Positions 50,791 through 62,490 of a DNA stretch of 64,000 nucleotides are shown here, piece after piece. The first letter of the stretch is position 1, and every line of letters begins with the position of its first letter. The position numbers and the translations under genes were made by a program. The notes beneath the pieces are model-generated. The model was not told the DNA's origin. It did no database searches and saw only the letters and a list, made by a program, of their open reading frames with translations. Source of the stretch: Octopus sinensis (Eukaryota); assembly GCF_006345805.1 (NCBI RefSeq), contig NC_043024.1, positions 8,060,001 through 8,124,000 on the forward strand. Reading direction: 5' to 3'.

Positions 50791-52473
50791 CTCAGGTGAT
50801 AACAGCAGCTGAGTAGCATCGTAGATAGAGAAGTGATGTGGGGGAAATGCTTGATGAGGACGGGGGGGGGGAGGGGGAGAGAAATAGAGAGGGGGGATGG
50901 AGGGGGAGAGAGGGAAATATAGAGAGAGAGGGAGTGAGTGAGGGAGAGAGAGAGAAGAGAAGAGAGAGGGGGAGATAGAGAGGGAGGGAGGAAGAGAGAG
51001 AAGGAGAGAGAGAGAAAGAGAGAGAGAGAAGAGGGCAGAGCCCCACACATCATCATCGTTTGATGTCTGTTTTCCATGCTGGCATGGATTGGACAGCTTG
51101 ACAAGAACTGGCTAGTTGGGGAGCCGTCTGGTCACCATCTGTCTCCTTTGGCATGGACGCCCTTGCTGATGCCAACCACTTTACAGAGTGTACTAGGTGC
51201 ATTTTTCATGCCTAGTTACTCCCTGCAAAGTGATAGTATAATTGGCATGATACAAGCAGAGTGTACTGCTAATCACCAACCATCTCATTCATATATATAA
51301 GAGTCAGGAAGGTACCATCAGTAATTACCCAGGGTAGGCAGTTGGTGACCTTTAGATAGTAAAACAAAAAAAAAAAATAAGCGAAACACAGGAGCATGAC
51401 TGAGTTGAAGGCAGATTCACTTCTGCTCATAAAGCACTGAAAAGAAAATGGTGTTGTAGGAGTGCACGCAGCATGTGTACTGCAGCTCTATCATGTGTAG
51501 CTTAAATACTGAGATTGAAAAGCAGGGATGAATTATACCTACCTAATCTACAAAAGAATAAAATATTTTGCATTTTAGGCACAGTAATCAGAGTAACACA
51601 CGCACACATATATAATGAGCTTCTTTCAGTTTCCGTCTACCAAATCCACTAACAAGGTTTTGGTCGGCCCGAGGCTATAGTAGAAGACACTTACCCAAGG
51701 TTCCACGCAGTGGGACTGAACCTGGAACCATGTGGTTGGGAAGCAAGCTTCTTACCCACAGCCCTCTTGTGCCTATATATATCTTCTTAATATAAATTTG
51801 ACTGATGTTTCTCTGTCCGTTATGTTTCTATGTTCATTAACCCCTCTGAGACCATTGGTGCAAGGACAATAAAACTCAAACCAGCAACTCCCCTAATCTC
51901 AGGGAATGTCCTAAGGGGTCTATTTTTTAAAGGAAGCCTAATTGGGGCCCTACTGACACCCCACTATTTTTACTGCATTTTAAACTAAAAACATGGCATC
52001 GGCGACCAAACTGGTGCAATGACAATGAATTTCATACTATGAACTCCCTGCGAGCACCATAAGGAAGTTCAATTTCTGAAGGGCTGCTTAAATGAGGACC
52101 CAATGACGCCACTCCCTATTTTTACTGCATTTACCTCCCTCCTATGCTTATTGATTAAACTATGAACAGCATCAGTGCTTAGCCGATTTACAGTAATAAA
52201 TTTCATTACACAAGGGAAGAGGGCCGTGAAGTGGCCCAATAGTGGGGCTGAAGGCCTCAAAGGTGCCGTCTGCAGGAACCAACCTGAATGCCACTCGAAG
52301 AGCAGCTTCAAGACTAGTATATTATATATATATTATATATATATATATATAATATATATATACAGTAAAAGCAATTAAGATTCAAGTGAGTTCTATTGAA
52401 TTCACTTGAATGCGGTACTTAACTTAGATGCACCAGAAACAATAATGTGGGGTGATTATAAACGAGAAAAAAG

Positions 52474-52507
<34 letters not shown>

Positions 52508-52896
52508 ACAGGAAGGTTTACAAAAATAAACAAAAGACGAAGGCAGGTGGAGTACAAACAAACAAATGTATTAGTATGATTTTACTTCACAAATGCTTTT
52601 TAGCAATTGCCATTTGGTGCATGAGAGAGTTTGATGCAGCTGCCCTCATCTGCACCTCCTGCCGTGAAGTTGGTTCATCTGGGACACCTGACAGGAAGAG
52701 ACCCAGTTTTATTTTAAAGACATCTGCATCCACCCCATTGTTATATGTCTTATCTTATATTTAATCTTTCTCTAAATGGTATAATTTAATTTTTTGTTAT
52801 TGAATTGATAAAAGGTGTTTTTCTTCCGTGACCGCGTGTGTACTGTTGGCGATTTTTTTCCCTCTGTCTTCCCTTCTCTGGATCTTTCCTTCTACT

Positions 52897-52931
52897 GTTT
52901 CCGACGAAGAGCTCTGCTCGAAACGTAAAAC
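52897..52931 (+). ncRNA. Minimal hammerhead-like motif, core CCGACGA (U4C)
   Basis: GUUU-CCGACGA-A-GAGC-UCU-GCUC-GAAAC-GUA-AAAC; stems I and II pair perfectly; GUA cleavage triplet. Confidence 0.6.
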
Positions 52932-55369
52932 CGTCCTTCTTCCCTCCCTTCCTGAGCATCCAATAACACTATACTTGTTCCACGTCCCCGCGTTGTTGTG
53001 TTTTCTCTTTGTGTTTTCATGTTTGGATTAACTTTATATATATATATATGCATGTGTGTGGAAGCAATATTATCAATAATGGATGAAATTGCGTTTGACC
53101 CTCTGGCTGATAACTGAAGAAGAATTGGTGACCTTCTGTTTTCTGTCCGCAGGTGTATTCGTTCGTTTATTTACTACAGGTTTTTAAAAAAATTATACAT
53201 ATAGGTAGGTCATAGTATTATCCGTTTGTTGTCCTTTTATTTAATCCTGAAAATATTTATGCAACACATGCACTTTTTAATTATTTTACCTATGTGGCTG
53301 TGTGGTAAGTAGCTTGCTCACGAACCACATGGTTTCGGGTTCAGTCCTACTGCGTGGCACCTTGGGAAAGTGTCTTCTACTATAGCCTCGGGACGACCAA
53401 AGCCTTGTGAGTGGATTTGGTAGACGGAAACTGAAAGAAGCCCGTCGTATATATGTGTGCGTGTATGTTTGTATGTCTGTGTTTGTCCCCCCAACATCAC
53501 TTCACAACCGAAGCTGGTGTGTTTACGTCCCCTTAACTTAGCGGTTCGGCAAAAGAGACCAATAGAATAAGTACTGGGCTTAAAAAAGAATAAGTCCCGG
53601 GGTCGAGTTGCTCGAGTAAAGGCGGTGCTCCAGCATGGCCGCAGTCAAATGACTGAAACAAGTAAAAGAGTATATAGGTAGGTCATATTATTATCCGTTT
53701 GTTGTCCTTTTAGTTAATCCTGAAAATATTATTTATGTAACGCACGCACTCTTGAATTTTTTTACCTATACATATATATATATATATATACATATATATA
53801 CACATACATATATATACACATACACACAAAGAGAGGTGGGGAGGGGGAGTGATTGAGTGTGAGAGAGAGAGGGGGAGACAGAGTGACTAAGTGGGAGACA
53901 GAGTGACTGAGTGAGAGAGAGAGAGAGAGGGGGGGAAGAATGAGAGAGACAGGTATGGAAATAAACAGAGATAAACATATCTCTATATGATGTATGTGTG
54001 TATGTATGTATGTGTGTGTGTGTGATAGATAAATAGCTAGACAGACAGCAGGACATACACACACATAAACAGTTTATAAAGAAAAGCTAATAACTAGGCC
54101 AATAGGTAGATCTGTATCGAAAACTTACTGTTTACAAATAAACCTGGGATCGATCGAAAACAAACACCAAACATAAACAAAAGAAAAACAAGAGAAACAA
54201 AGCAATAAAACAAAAAGCTATTGAGTGCGTATCTGTTCATATGTGTGTGTGTGTGTGCGTGCGTGATTGTACGTTTATATCTATATGTGTATGTGCGTGT
54301 GTTTGTATGTGTATGTGTAATATTTAAGCATGTCTAAATTTAAGCACGTGTGTTTAAGTGTGTGTATATATTTATCTATACATGTGTACATGTATATCAT
54401 AGGCGTAGGAGTGGCTGTATGGTAAGTACACATGGTTCCGGGTTCAGTCCCACTGCGTGGCACCTTGGGCAAGTGTCTTCTGCTATAGCCTCGGGCCGAC
54501 CAAAGCCTTGTGAATGGATTTGGTAGATGGAAACTGAAAGAAGCCTGTCGTATATATGTATATATATGTATATATGTAGGAGTGGTTGTGTGGTAAGTAG
54601 CTTGTTTACCAACCACATGGTTCCGGGTTCAGTCCCACTGCGTGGCACCTTGGGCATGTGTCTTCTACTATAGCCTCGGGCCGACCATAGCCTTGTGAGT
54701 GGATTTGGTAGACGGAAACTGAAAGAAGCCCGTCGTATATATGTATGTATATATGTATGTGTGTGTCTGTGTTTCTCCCCCTAACATCGCTTGACAACCG
54801 ATGCTGGTGTGTTTACGTCCCCGTAACTTACGAGGAGCCACAGGCTCAAAACTCGGTTGAGAAAGGGCTGTTTTATGACTTTATTTAGAGGCGTCGATTG
54901 GTTATACGCGGCAAATTGGCGCGACAGAGTAAGAGAGAAATTGCGCCAATACCAACCAGTCAGAGTAGTGGACACAACGGGGTCCAAATAGCGGTCAAAG
55001 GCTAACTGTTCCCTACTACGTTCGAATGCACTTATATATAATAAAGAGAGAGAAAGAGAGAGGGATTTCACTCGAGTGTACGCTACAAATTAATTGACTT
55101 GTTTCCTGTGATTCTATTACCCGTTTCTTTATTGCTCACAAGGGGCTAAACACAGAGGGGACAAACAAGGACAGATAAACGGATTAAGTCGATTACTTAA
55201 TTTATCGACCCCGAAAGGATGAAAGGCAAAGTCGACCTCGGCGGAATTTGAACTCACAACGTAACGGCCGACGAAATACGGCGGCGTGCTAACGTTTCTG
55301 CCAGCTCACCGCTTTATGTGACTTTATTACCGGTTTCCATTTAGTTAGGGTATGTACAGACGGTACCCC

Positions 55370-56800
55370 TTTCCATGACTGGAAAATGCGAAGGATTTAT
55401 TGCCCAGATAAAAAAAAGTCTTATCAGATCCAAATGCTCTCGTTTCTTTTCATTGTATTGCACCAGCAGAAACCTTTGTGCTAAATCGACCATTTTAAGT
55501 GATACTCTGCAGAAAATCATAAATATTAACTATATTCGCGCCAATGCAATAAGGCATCATCAATTTCGTTAACATACTGCGGTTGGACGATGAGGTATTC
55601 AGTGTAAATTTGCTGTACCATTCTAAAATGAGTTGGCTATCGCAAAGGGAAGTGTTAGAAAGTTTACTAAAAGCTTTACGCGGGCACGTAATAGAATTTT
55701 CTGAAGAACGGAATGAACAATGTGAATTATTAGATGAAGATTTCTATAGAAACACTGCATTGTTTTGTGATGTCATGTCAAAGTAAAACAGCCTGAATAT
55801 TCATTTGCCAGGTAAAACAAAACCAGTGGATCTTTTCGGTTTGAACGGCAGTTTTTAACATAATTTCTAGGTAACTAAACACTTTTAAACTTCGTATACT
55901 GGTAGAATGTGTTTATAAAACATCTTTTTCTCTTGGCTTTATTGAGAACATTCTATAGTTTGTAAGATATCTGCTGTTTTTTTTTCTTCAATTTCTGGAA
56001 TTTCAACCAATCAATGACGTCTATTGAGGTGAAAAGCATTCTGTGCCGTATGAATATGTCCCTTGTTTAAGAAACAGATTGGGTTTATTTACATTTGTGA
56101 AGAAAAAAAGATACCCTTCCCTCCACCCCTAACCCTAACCCTAAAATAGATTGAAATGCAATAGATCGATACTAGGGTCATAATTATGGGTGACAGTTTC
56201 ATATGACACCGCTAGAAAAAACTGCCGTTCGAACCGAAAAGATCCAAGCTATATTTTTTGAAAAATCTTCTCCTTCAAAATGAAATTTCAGATACACACC
56301 TTCCCTAATTAGCTAAGGTAATTTACGACCATGGAAATTTGTATGAATCCGTTGATGAATATACAGGTGTTCTGGATTTATTAATTAAAGAATACAGTGA
56401 AAAGTTCACTGACTTTGAGAAACATGATATTACACTCAAATTAGCATTTCAACCGCATCTAGTTGATGTCTGCAGGGCTCTTGAAGAGCTGCAGACGGAA
56501 TTAATCGAGCTCTCAGATGACATTTTAAAGTTATTTAATTATTTAATCCTAAAAAAAGATTCAGTTGAAGTATGGAAAAATACAATGGAACACCCACGAC
56601 TTCGTCAACATCCACGGAAAATGCTGTCCTGCTTCTCTACGATGTATTGCTGTGAATTTACATTTTTCATACTTAAACAAAATCAAGATTCCCTTAATGT
56701 CGCAAATTACGAACTCGCATCTAGAAGATCAGCTTAAACTGCAAACCTCGATGTTACAACCAAACATTGAAATGTTATTAAATGAAAAATAGCAACATCT
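55370..56800 (+). pseudogene. hAT (GTF2IRD2/EPM2AIP1/Charlie-type) transposase relic interrupted by a MITE
   Basis: Fragments KIINYIRANAIRHHQFR, NLLYHSKMSWLSQREVL ('LLYHTEVRWLSRG'), ALFCDVMSK*NSLNIHLPGK, YSEKFTDFEK...AFQPH and FSTMYCCEFTF, with stops and frameshifts. Confidence 0.85.
55828..56245. mobile_element. GG..CC MITE (same family as 36139-36809)
   Basis: TIR ggatcttttcggtttgaacggcagttttt / aaaactgccgttcgaaccgaaaagatcc; no TSD visible. Confidence 0.85.
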
Positions 56801-57116
56801 TAGTCACTGAAAGGTGAGTTACATTCAGAATTAAATATTTAAAAAATATTTTCAGATTAGTCATTACTCTTTCGTACTGTGGTTTAATTACAAAATGTTA
56901 TACTCTCTCTTTTACTCTTTTACTTGTTTCAGTCATTTGACTGCGGCCATGCTGGAGCACCGCCTTTAATTGAGCAACTCAACCCTGGGACTTATTCTTT
57001 TGTGAGCCCAGTACTTATTCTATCGGTCTCTCTTTTGCCGAACCGCTAAGTAACGGGGACATAAACACACCAGCATCGGTTGTCAAGCGATGCTGGGGAC
57101 AAACACAGACATACAA

Positions 57117-57185
<69 letters not shown>

Positions 57186-57709
57186 TATACATATATACGA
57201 CGGGCTTCTTTCAGTTTCCGTCTACCAAATCCACTCACAAGGCTTTGGTCGGCCCGAGGCTATAGTAGAAGACACCTGCCCAAGGTGCCACGCAGTGGGA
57301 CTGAACCCGGAACCGTGTGGTTGGTAAACAAGCTACTTACCGCACAAAATATTTTTGATTTTAAAAACAATAAGGAAGTTTTTTGTTGCGGCCTTGTTAG
57401 ATTACGATTAAATTTAATGCGGCCTCCCGACTTAAAAAGACTTTCCACCTCTGACGAGTTGTCCATGGGGGCTAAACCATTGGTCATTCTATGACCAGAC
57501 ACACAGACACTCGTGGGTGCTGAAAGGTTCCTGGCTTTGAGTAGGATCAGTTAATTATGATTTTATTCAACCTGTTCCCCTCCCAGATTCACACAGTTAT
57601 TGCGGTGGTCGTTGAGCTTTTCTAAGCCCTGTACAAGATCTTGGGAGGTTTGGGCCTTCAATCAGGCCTTTCGTGAAACCCTTAAAGCCAGGAACGTTTC
57701 AGCACCCCT

Positions 57710-58419
57710 CCTACATACATACGTACATACATACACACATACATACATGCATATATACATACATACATACATACATACACATACATACATGCATATATAC
57801 ATACATACATACATACATACATACATACACATACATACATACATACACACATACACACATACATACATACATACATACGTATATACATACATATATACAT
57901 ACATACACACATACATACATACACACACACCTACATATATACATACATACATACATATACATACATGCATACATACACACACACACATGGCGGTGCCCCA
58001 GCATGGCCACAGCTCAAGAGCTGAAACTGGAGAACATAAACATAGACACACGCATTCATACATGCATACATACATACATACATACACATACATACATACA
58101 TACATACACATACATACACACATACATACATACATACATACATACATACATACATACACACACACACATACATACACACACATACATACATACATACACA
58201 CACACATATATACATACTTACATGCATACAAACACAGACATACACACATACATACATACATACATACACACATACATACATACACACACATACACATACA
58301 TACATACATACATGCATACAGACACATATACATAATACATACACATACATATATACATACACACATACATACACACACACACACATACATTCATACACAC
58401 ACACACACATACATTCATA
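57710..58419. repeat. (CATA/CA)n microsatellite
   Basis: Visible directly. Confidence 0.98.
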
Positions 58420-59459
58420 CAAGGGGTGTTCATTAAAGACTTCTCCTGGTCCACTTTCGGTTATTGCAGAAAACGGAACTTGTACAGGTCTAATCATACA
58501 TGTCTCTACATGTCGCATTCTAAATTGTAGCTTTACACTAATATTCGTTTGTCTTTTAAGGCTGCTGAAGTGGACTAAGGTGTTATAATCATTTCTACTA
58601 TAGGCACAAGGCCTGACATTTTGGTGAGGGGAGCCAGTCGACTAGATCAACCCTAGTATACAACTGGTACTTAATTTATCGACCCCGTAGGGATGAAAGG
58701 CAAAGTCGACCTCGGTGGAATTTGAACTCAGAACGTAGCCACAAGCGAAATAATTCTAAGCATTTTGTCCAGCATGCGAACGATTCTTATTTCTTTATTG
58801 CCCACAAGGGGCTAAACTTAGAGGGGACAACCGACCGACCGTGGTCGAGACAATGGAATTTACCATGCTACGCCAGACTTCACGGTCCATCATGGCATTA
58901 CGGAGGTCCTGTTACTGGATGCCTGTATCCCTGGAGATTACATCAGGGTAGGAGAGTGTGTGCCCTCTGGGACAAACAAGGACAGACAAAGGGATTAAGT
59001 CGATTACATCAACCCCAGTGCGTAACTGGTACTTAATTTATCGACCCCGAAAGGATGAAAGGCAAAGTCGACCTCGGTGGAATTTGAACTCAGAACGTAA
59101 CGGCAGACGAAATACGGCTACGCATTTCGCCCAGCGTGCTAACGATTCTGCCAGCTTGCCGCCTTAAGGTGTTATAATGGAAGCAGTTGAATGCAGATCT
59201 GTGATCAGGTTCTTATACTTGAAAGGTCGTACAGCAAAAGAGACTTTCGATAAGATGAAAGAAGTTTATGGTGACGATGCACCATAGTCCAGCACTGGCA
59301 TTGCCATTTCAAATGTGGTCAGACATCAGTGGAAACTGCTCCTATTCCTGGACCACCACATTCTGCCATTGATGACGACGCCACCCATTAAGTAGAAGCT
59401 GCAATTTTGGAGGATCGCCGCATAACTATTCGACAACTAGTCCAAAAGGTGAAGATAAG
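58420..59459 (+). mobile_element. Mariner 5' half with nested SINE and RTE insertions
   Basis: TA|caaggggtgttc TIR-like start. From the ATG at 59177: MEAVECRSVIRFLYLKGRTAKETFDKMKEVYGDDAP, then (frameshifted) QTSVETAPIPG...EAAILEDRRITIRQLVQKVKI, a mariner HTH domain. Confidence 0.85.
58831..58968 (-). mobile_element. RTE LINE 3' tip inserted in a SINE, 7-bp TSD
   Basis: gggacaa at 58824-30 and 58969-75; the minus strand reads LSYPDVISRDTGIQ*QDLRNAMMDREVWRSMVNSIVST. Confidence 0.75.
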
Positions 59460-59868
59460 GGATCTTTTCCTTTTGAAGGCCAGATTTCAACACAATTTCT
59501 AGTTAACTAAACACTTTAAAACTTCGTATACTGGTAGAATGTGTCAAAAGAAAACATTATTTTCACTTGGCTTTCTTGAGAAAATTGTAATTTGTTTGTT
59601 TAACGTAGTTTAATTTTTCGAATTTTAAACAGTCCTATGCTCTCTTTTGAGCTAAAATCATTTGCTGCGTCTAAAACTGAGACAACATCCTGTAACTAAC
59701 CCTAACCCTAACACTAAGTTTTTTTTCTTAATTGTTACGCGTGTAAAAAAAAACTAAAGCAATGGAAAATAATTTAAACAATTAACAAGCAAAATAATTC
59801 TATTATTTTTAAAGTGTTTAGTTAACTAGAAATTGTGTTGAAATCTGGCCTTCAAAAGGAAAAGATCC
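59460..59868. mobile_element. MITE with about 62-bp perfect TIRs, related to the GG..CC family
   Basis: ggatcttttccttttgaaggccagatttcaacacaatttctagttaactaaacactttaaaa, with its exact reverse complement ending at 59868. Confidence 0.9.
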
Positions 59869-60298
59869 CCTCATTTTATTATGTAGTTCATGTTATTTGC
59901 ACCGTTGGTGTCGTCCTGTACCCATACATGCATATGTGTGTGTATATATATATACATATAGATATATATGTGTATATATATTATATTATTTATTATATGC
60001 ATATACATACACACGAGCTGGCAGAAACGTTAGCACGCCGGGCGAAATGCGTAGCCGTATTTTGTCTGTCGCTACGTTCTGAGTTCAAATTCTGCCGAGG
60101 TCGACTTTGCCTTTCATCCTTACGGGGTCGATAAATTAAGTACCAGTTACGCACTGGGGTCGATATAATCGACTTAATCCGTTTGTCTGTCCTTGTTTGT
60201 CCCCTCTGTGTTTAGCCCCTTGTGGGCAATGAAGAAATATATATATATAAGCAATAATAAATCTCTCAACGAGGTATAACTGCTCGACAATGTGAGGT

Positions 60299-60418
60299 AT
60301 ATTTGCCATCTCAATATGGCTAACCACTAAGGTGGATGTTACTGTAGCTTGTAGCCTCAGGAGGGGCTACAAGCTAACATCCACCCTTAGTGGTTAGCCA
60401 TATTGAGATGGCAAATAT
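60299..60418. repeat. About 55-bp-arm fold-back next to the hammerhead-bearing repeat
   Basis: atatttgccatctcaatatggctaaccactaagg...gcttgtagcc / ggctacaagc...ccatattgagatggcaaatat. Confidence 0.9.
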
Positions 60419-60522
60419 GTATATATATATAGTTAATCCAAACAAGAAAGCACAAAAAAAACACAACAACGCGAGGACGTGGAACAAATAAAGTATTATT
60501 GGACGCTCAGGAAAGAAGGAGG

Positions 60523-60557
60523 GTTTAACGTTTCGAGCGGAGCTCTTCGTTGGAAAC
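60523..60557 (-). ncRNA. Mutated copy of the U4C hammerhead motif (CCAACGA, G5A; probably inactive)
   Basis: GUUU-CCAACGA-A-GAGC-UCC-GCUC-GAAAC-GUU-AAAC. Confidence 0.4.
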
Positions 60558-62334
60558 ATAGAAGGGAAGACAGAGGGAAAAAAATCGCCAACGGTACACA
60601 CGAGGTCACATATATATATATAAACAACTTATAATAAATAACCAATATTTGTTTGTAATGTTGGCCCAAGACCAGGAGTTTCAGACGGAAGGTCTTAATC
60701 GATCTAATTGAGTTCAGTATATGACCGGTATTGACCTCAAGAGGATCTGAACTCAGGATGTAAAATAAGCCGGCGCAATAACGTTTAGGCACATTGCCAG
60801 CAATTTTTGAAGAGAGTGTGCTTATCACTTACATCGTTCTAGTATTTGACTGGTACTTTATTTCATCAACCCCAGAATGATGGAAGGCTGTAAAACGAAG
60901 CTGACTTCGGCGGAATTTGAACTTGTAACGTAAAGGGCCGGAATGGTTATAATGATATTAATACTCTTTTATGTATGTACAAGGCCGAAAATTTTAGGGG
61001 TGGGAGCTAGTCGATTAGATTGATTCCCGTGCTCAACTGGTACTTGTTTTACTGACCCTGGAAAGATGAAGGCAAAGTCGACCTCGAATGAATTTGAACT
61101 CAGACCGTAAAGACGGACGAAATACCTATTTCTTTATTACCCTCAAGGGGCTAAACACAGAGGGGACAAACAAGGACAGACATAGGTATTAAGTCGATTA
61201 CATCGACCTCAGTGCGTAACTGGTACTTATTTAATCGACCCCGAAAGGATGAAAGGCAAAGTCGACCTCGAAGGAATTTGAACTCAGACCGTAAAGACGG
61301 ACGAAATACCTATTTCTTTATTACCCTCAAGGGGCTAAACACAGAGGGGACAAACAAGGACAGACATAGGTATTAAGTCAATTATATCGATCCCCAGTGC
61401 GTAACTGGTACTTATTTAATCGACCCCGAAAGGATGAAAGGCAAAATCGACCTCGAAGGAATTTGAACTCAGAACGTAAAGACGGACGAAATACCGCTAT
61501 GTTGTCCGGCGTGTTAACGATTCTGCCGGCTCATTGTCTAAGTAATAACAATAATGGTTTCAAATCTTGGCACAAGGCTTCATCGATACCCCACCCGGGA
61601 CTCAACTGATACTTATTTTATCGACCCTTAAAGGATGAAAGACAAAGTCGACGCCGGCGGATTTGGAGCCGAGAACGTAAATACAGACGAAATGACGCTA
61701 AACATTTTGCCGGGCTTCGTAACGATTCTGCTAACTCGTCACCTAAGTGAATAATAAATAACTGTTTCAAACTTGACACAAAGCTAGTAATTTTAAGCGA
61801 GGAGGTTTTGTCGTTTAAATAATCCTAATATCTGACTTGGACTTTATTCCATCGTCCCCAGAAGGCTGGAAAGGCAAAGCTGACCTCGGCAAGATCTGAA
61901 CTCAAAACGAAAAGAGCAGGATGAAGTAACAATCATTTCTACTGTAAGCACAAGGACTGAAATTTGGTGGGGGAGGAATTAGTCGATTACATCGACTCCA
62001 GTGTTTCACTGGTGCTTAGTTTATCGACCCAGAAAGGATGAAAGGCAAAGTCGACCTCGGCGGAATTTGAACTCAGAATGTAACGACGGGCGAAATATCT
62101 ATTTCTTTACTACCCACAAGGGGCTAAACATTGAGGGAACAAACAAGGACAGACATAGGTATTAAGTCGATTATATTGACCCCAGTGCGTAACTGGTACT
62201 TAATTTATTGACCCTGAAAGGATGAAAGGCAAAGTCGACCTCGGCGGAATTTGAACTCAGAACGTAACGGCAGACGAAATACCGCTAGTCATTTCGCCCG
62301 GCGTGCTAACCATTCTGCCAGCTCGCCGCCTTGC

Positions 62335-62335
<1 letters not shown>

Positions 62336-62395
<60 letters not shown>

Positions 62396-62402
62396 GATAA
62401 TG

Positions 62403-62489
<87 letters not shown>

Positions 62490-62490
62490 C
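62336..62490. repeat. (AAT)n/(CAA)n microsatellite
   Basis: Visible directly. Confidence 0.98.

Noticed and set aside
57600-58518. HTYI/CMYV-repeat ORFs of 195-278 aa
   Set aside because: (CATA)n microsatellite.
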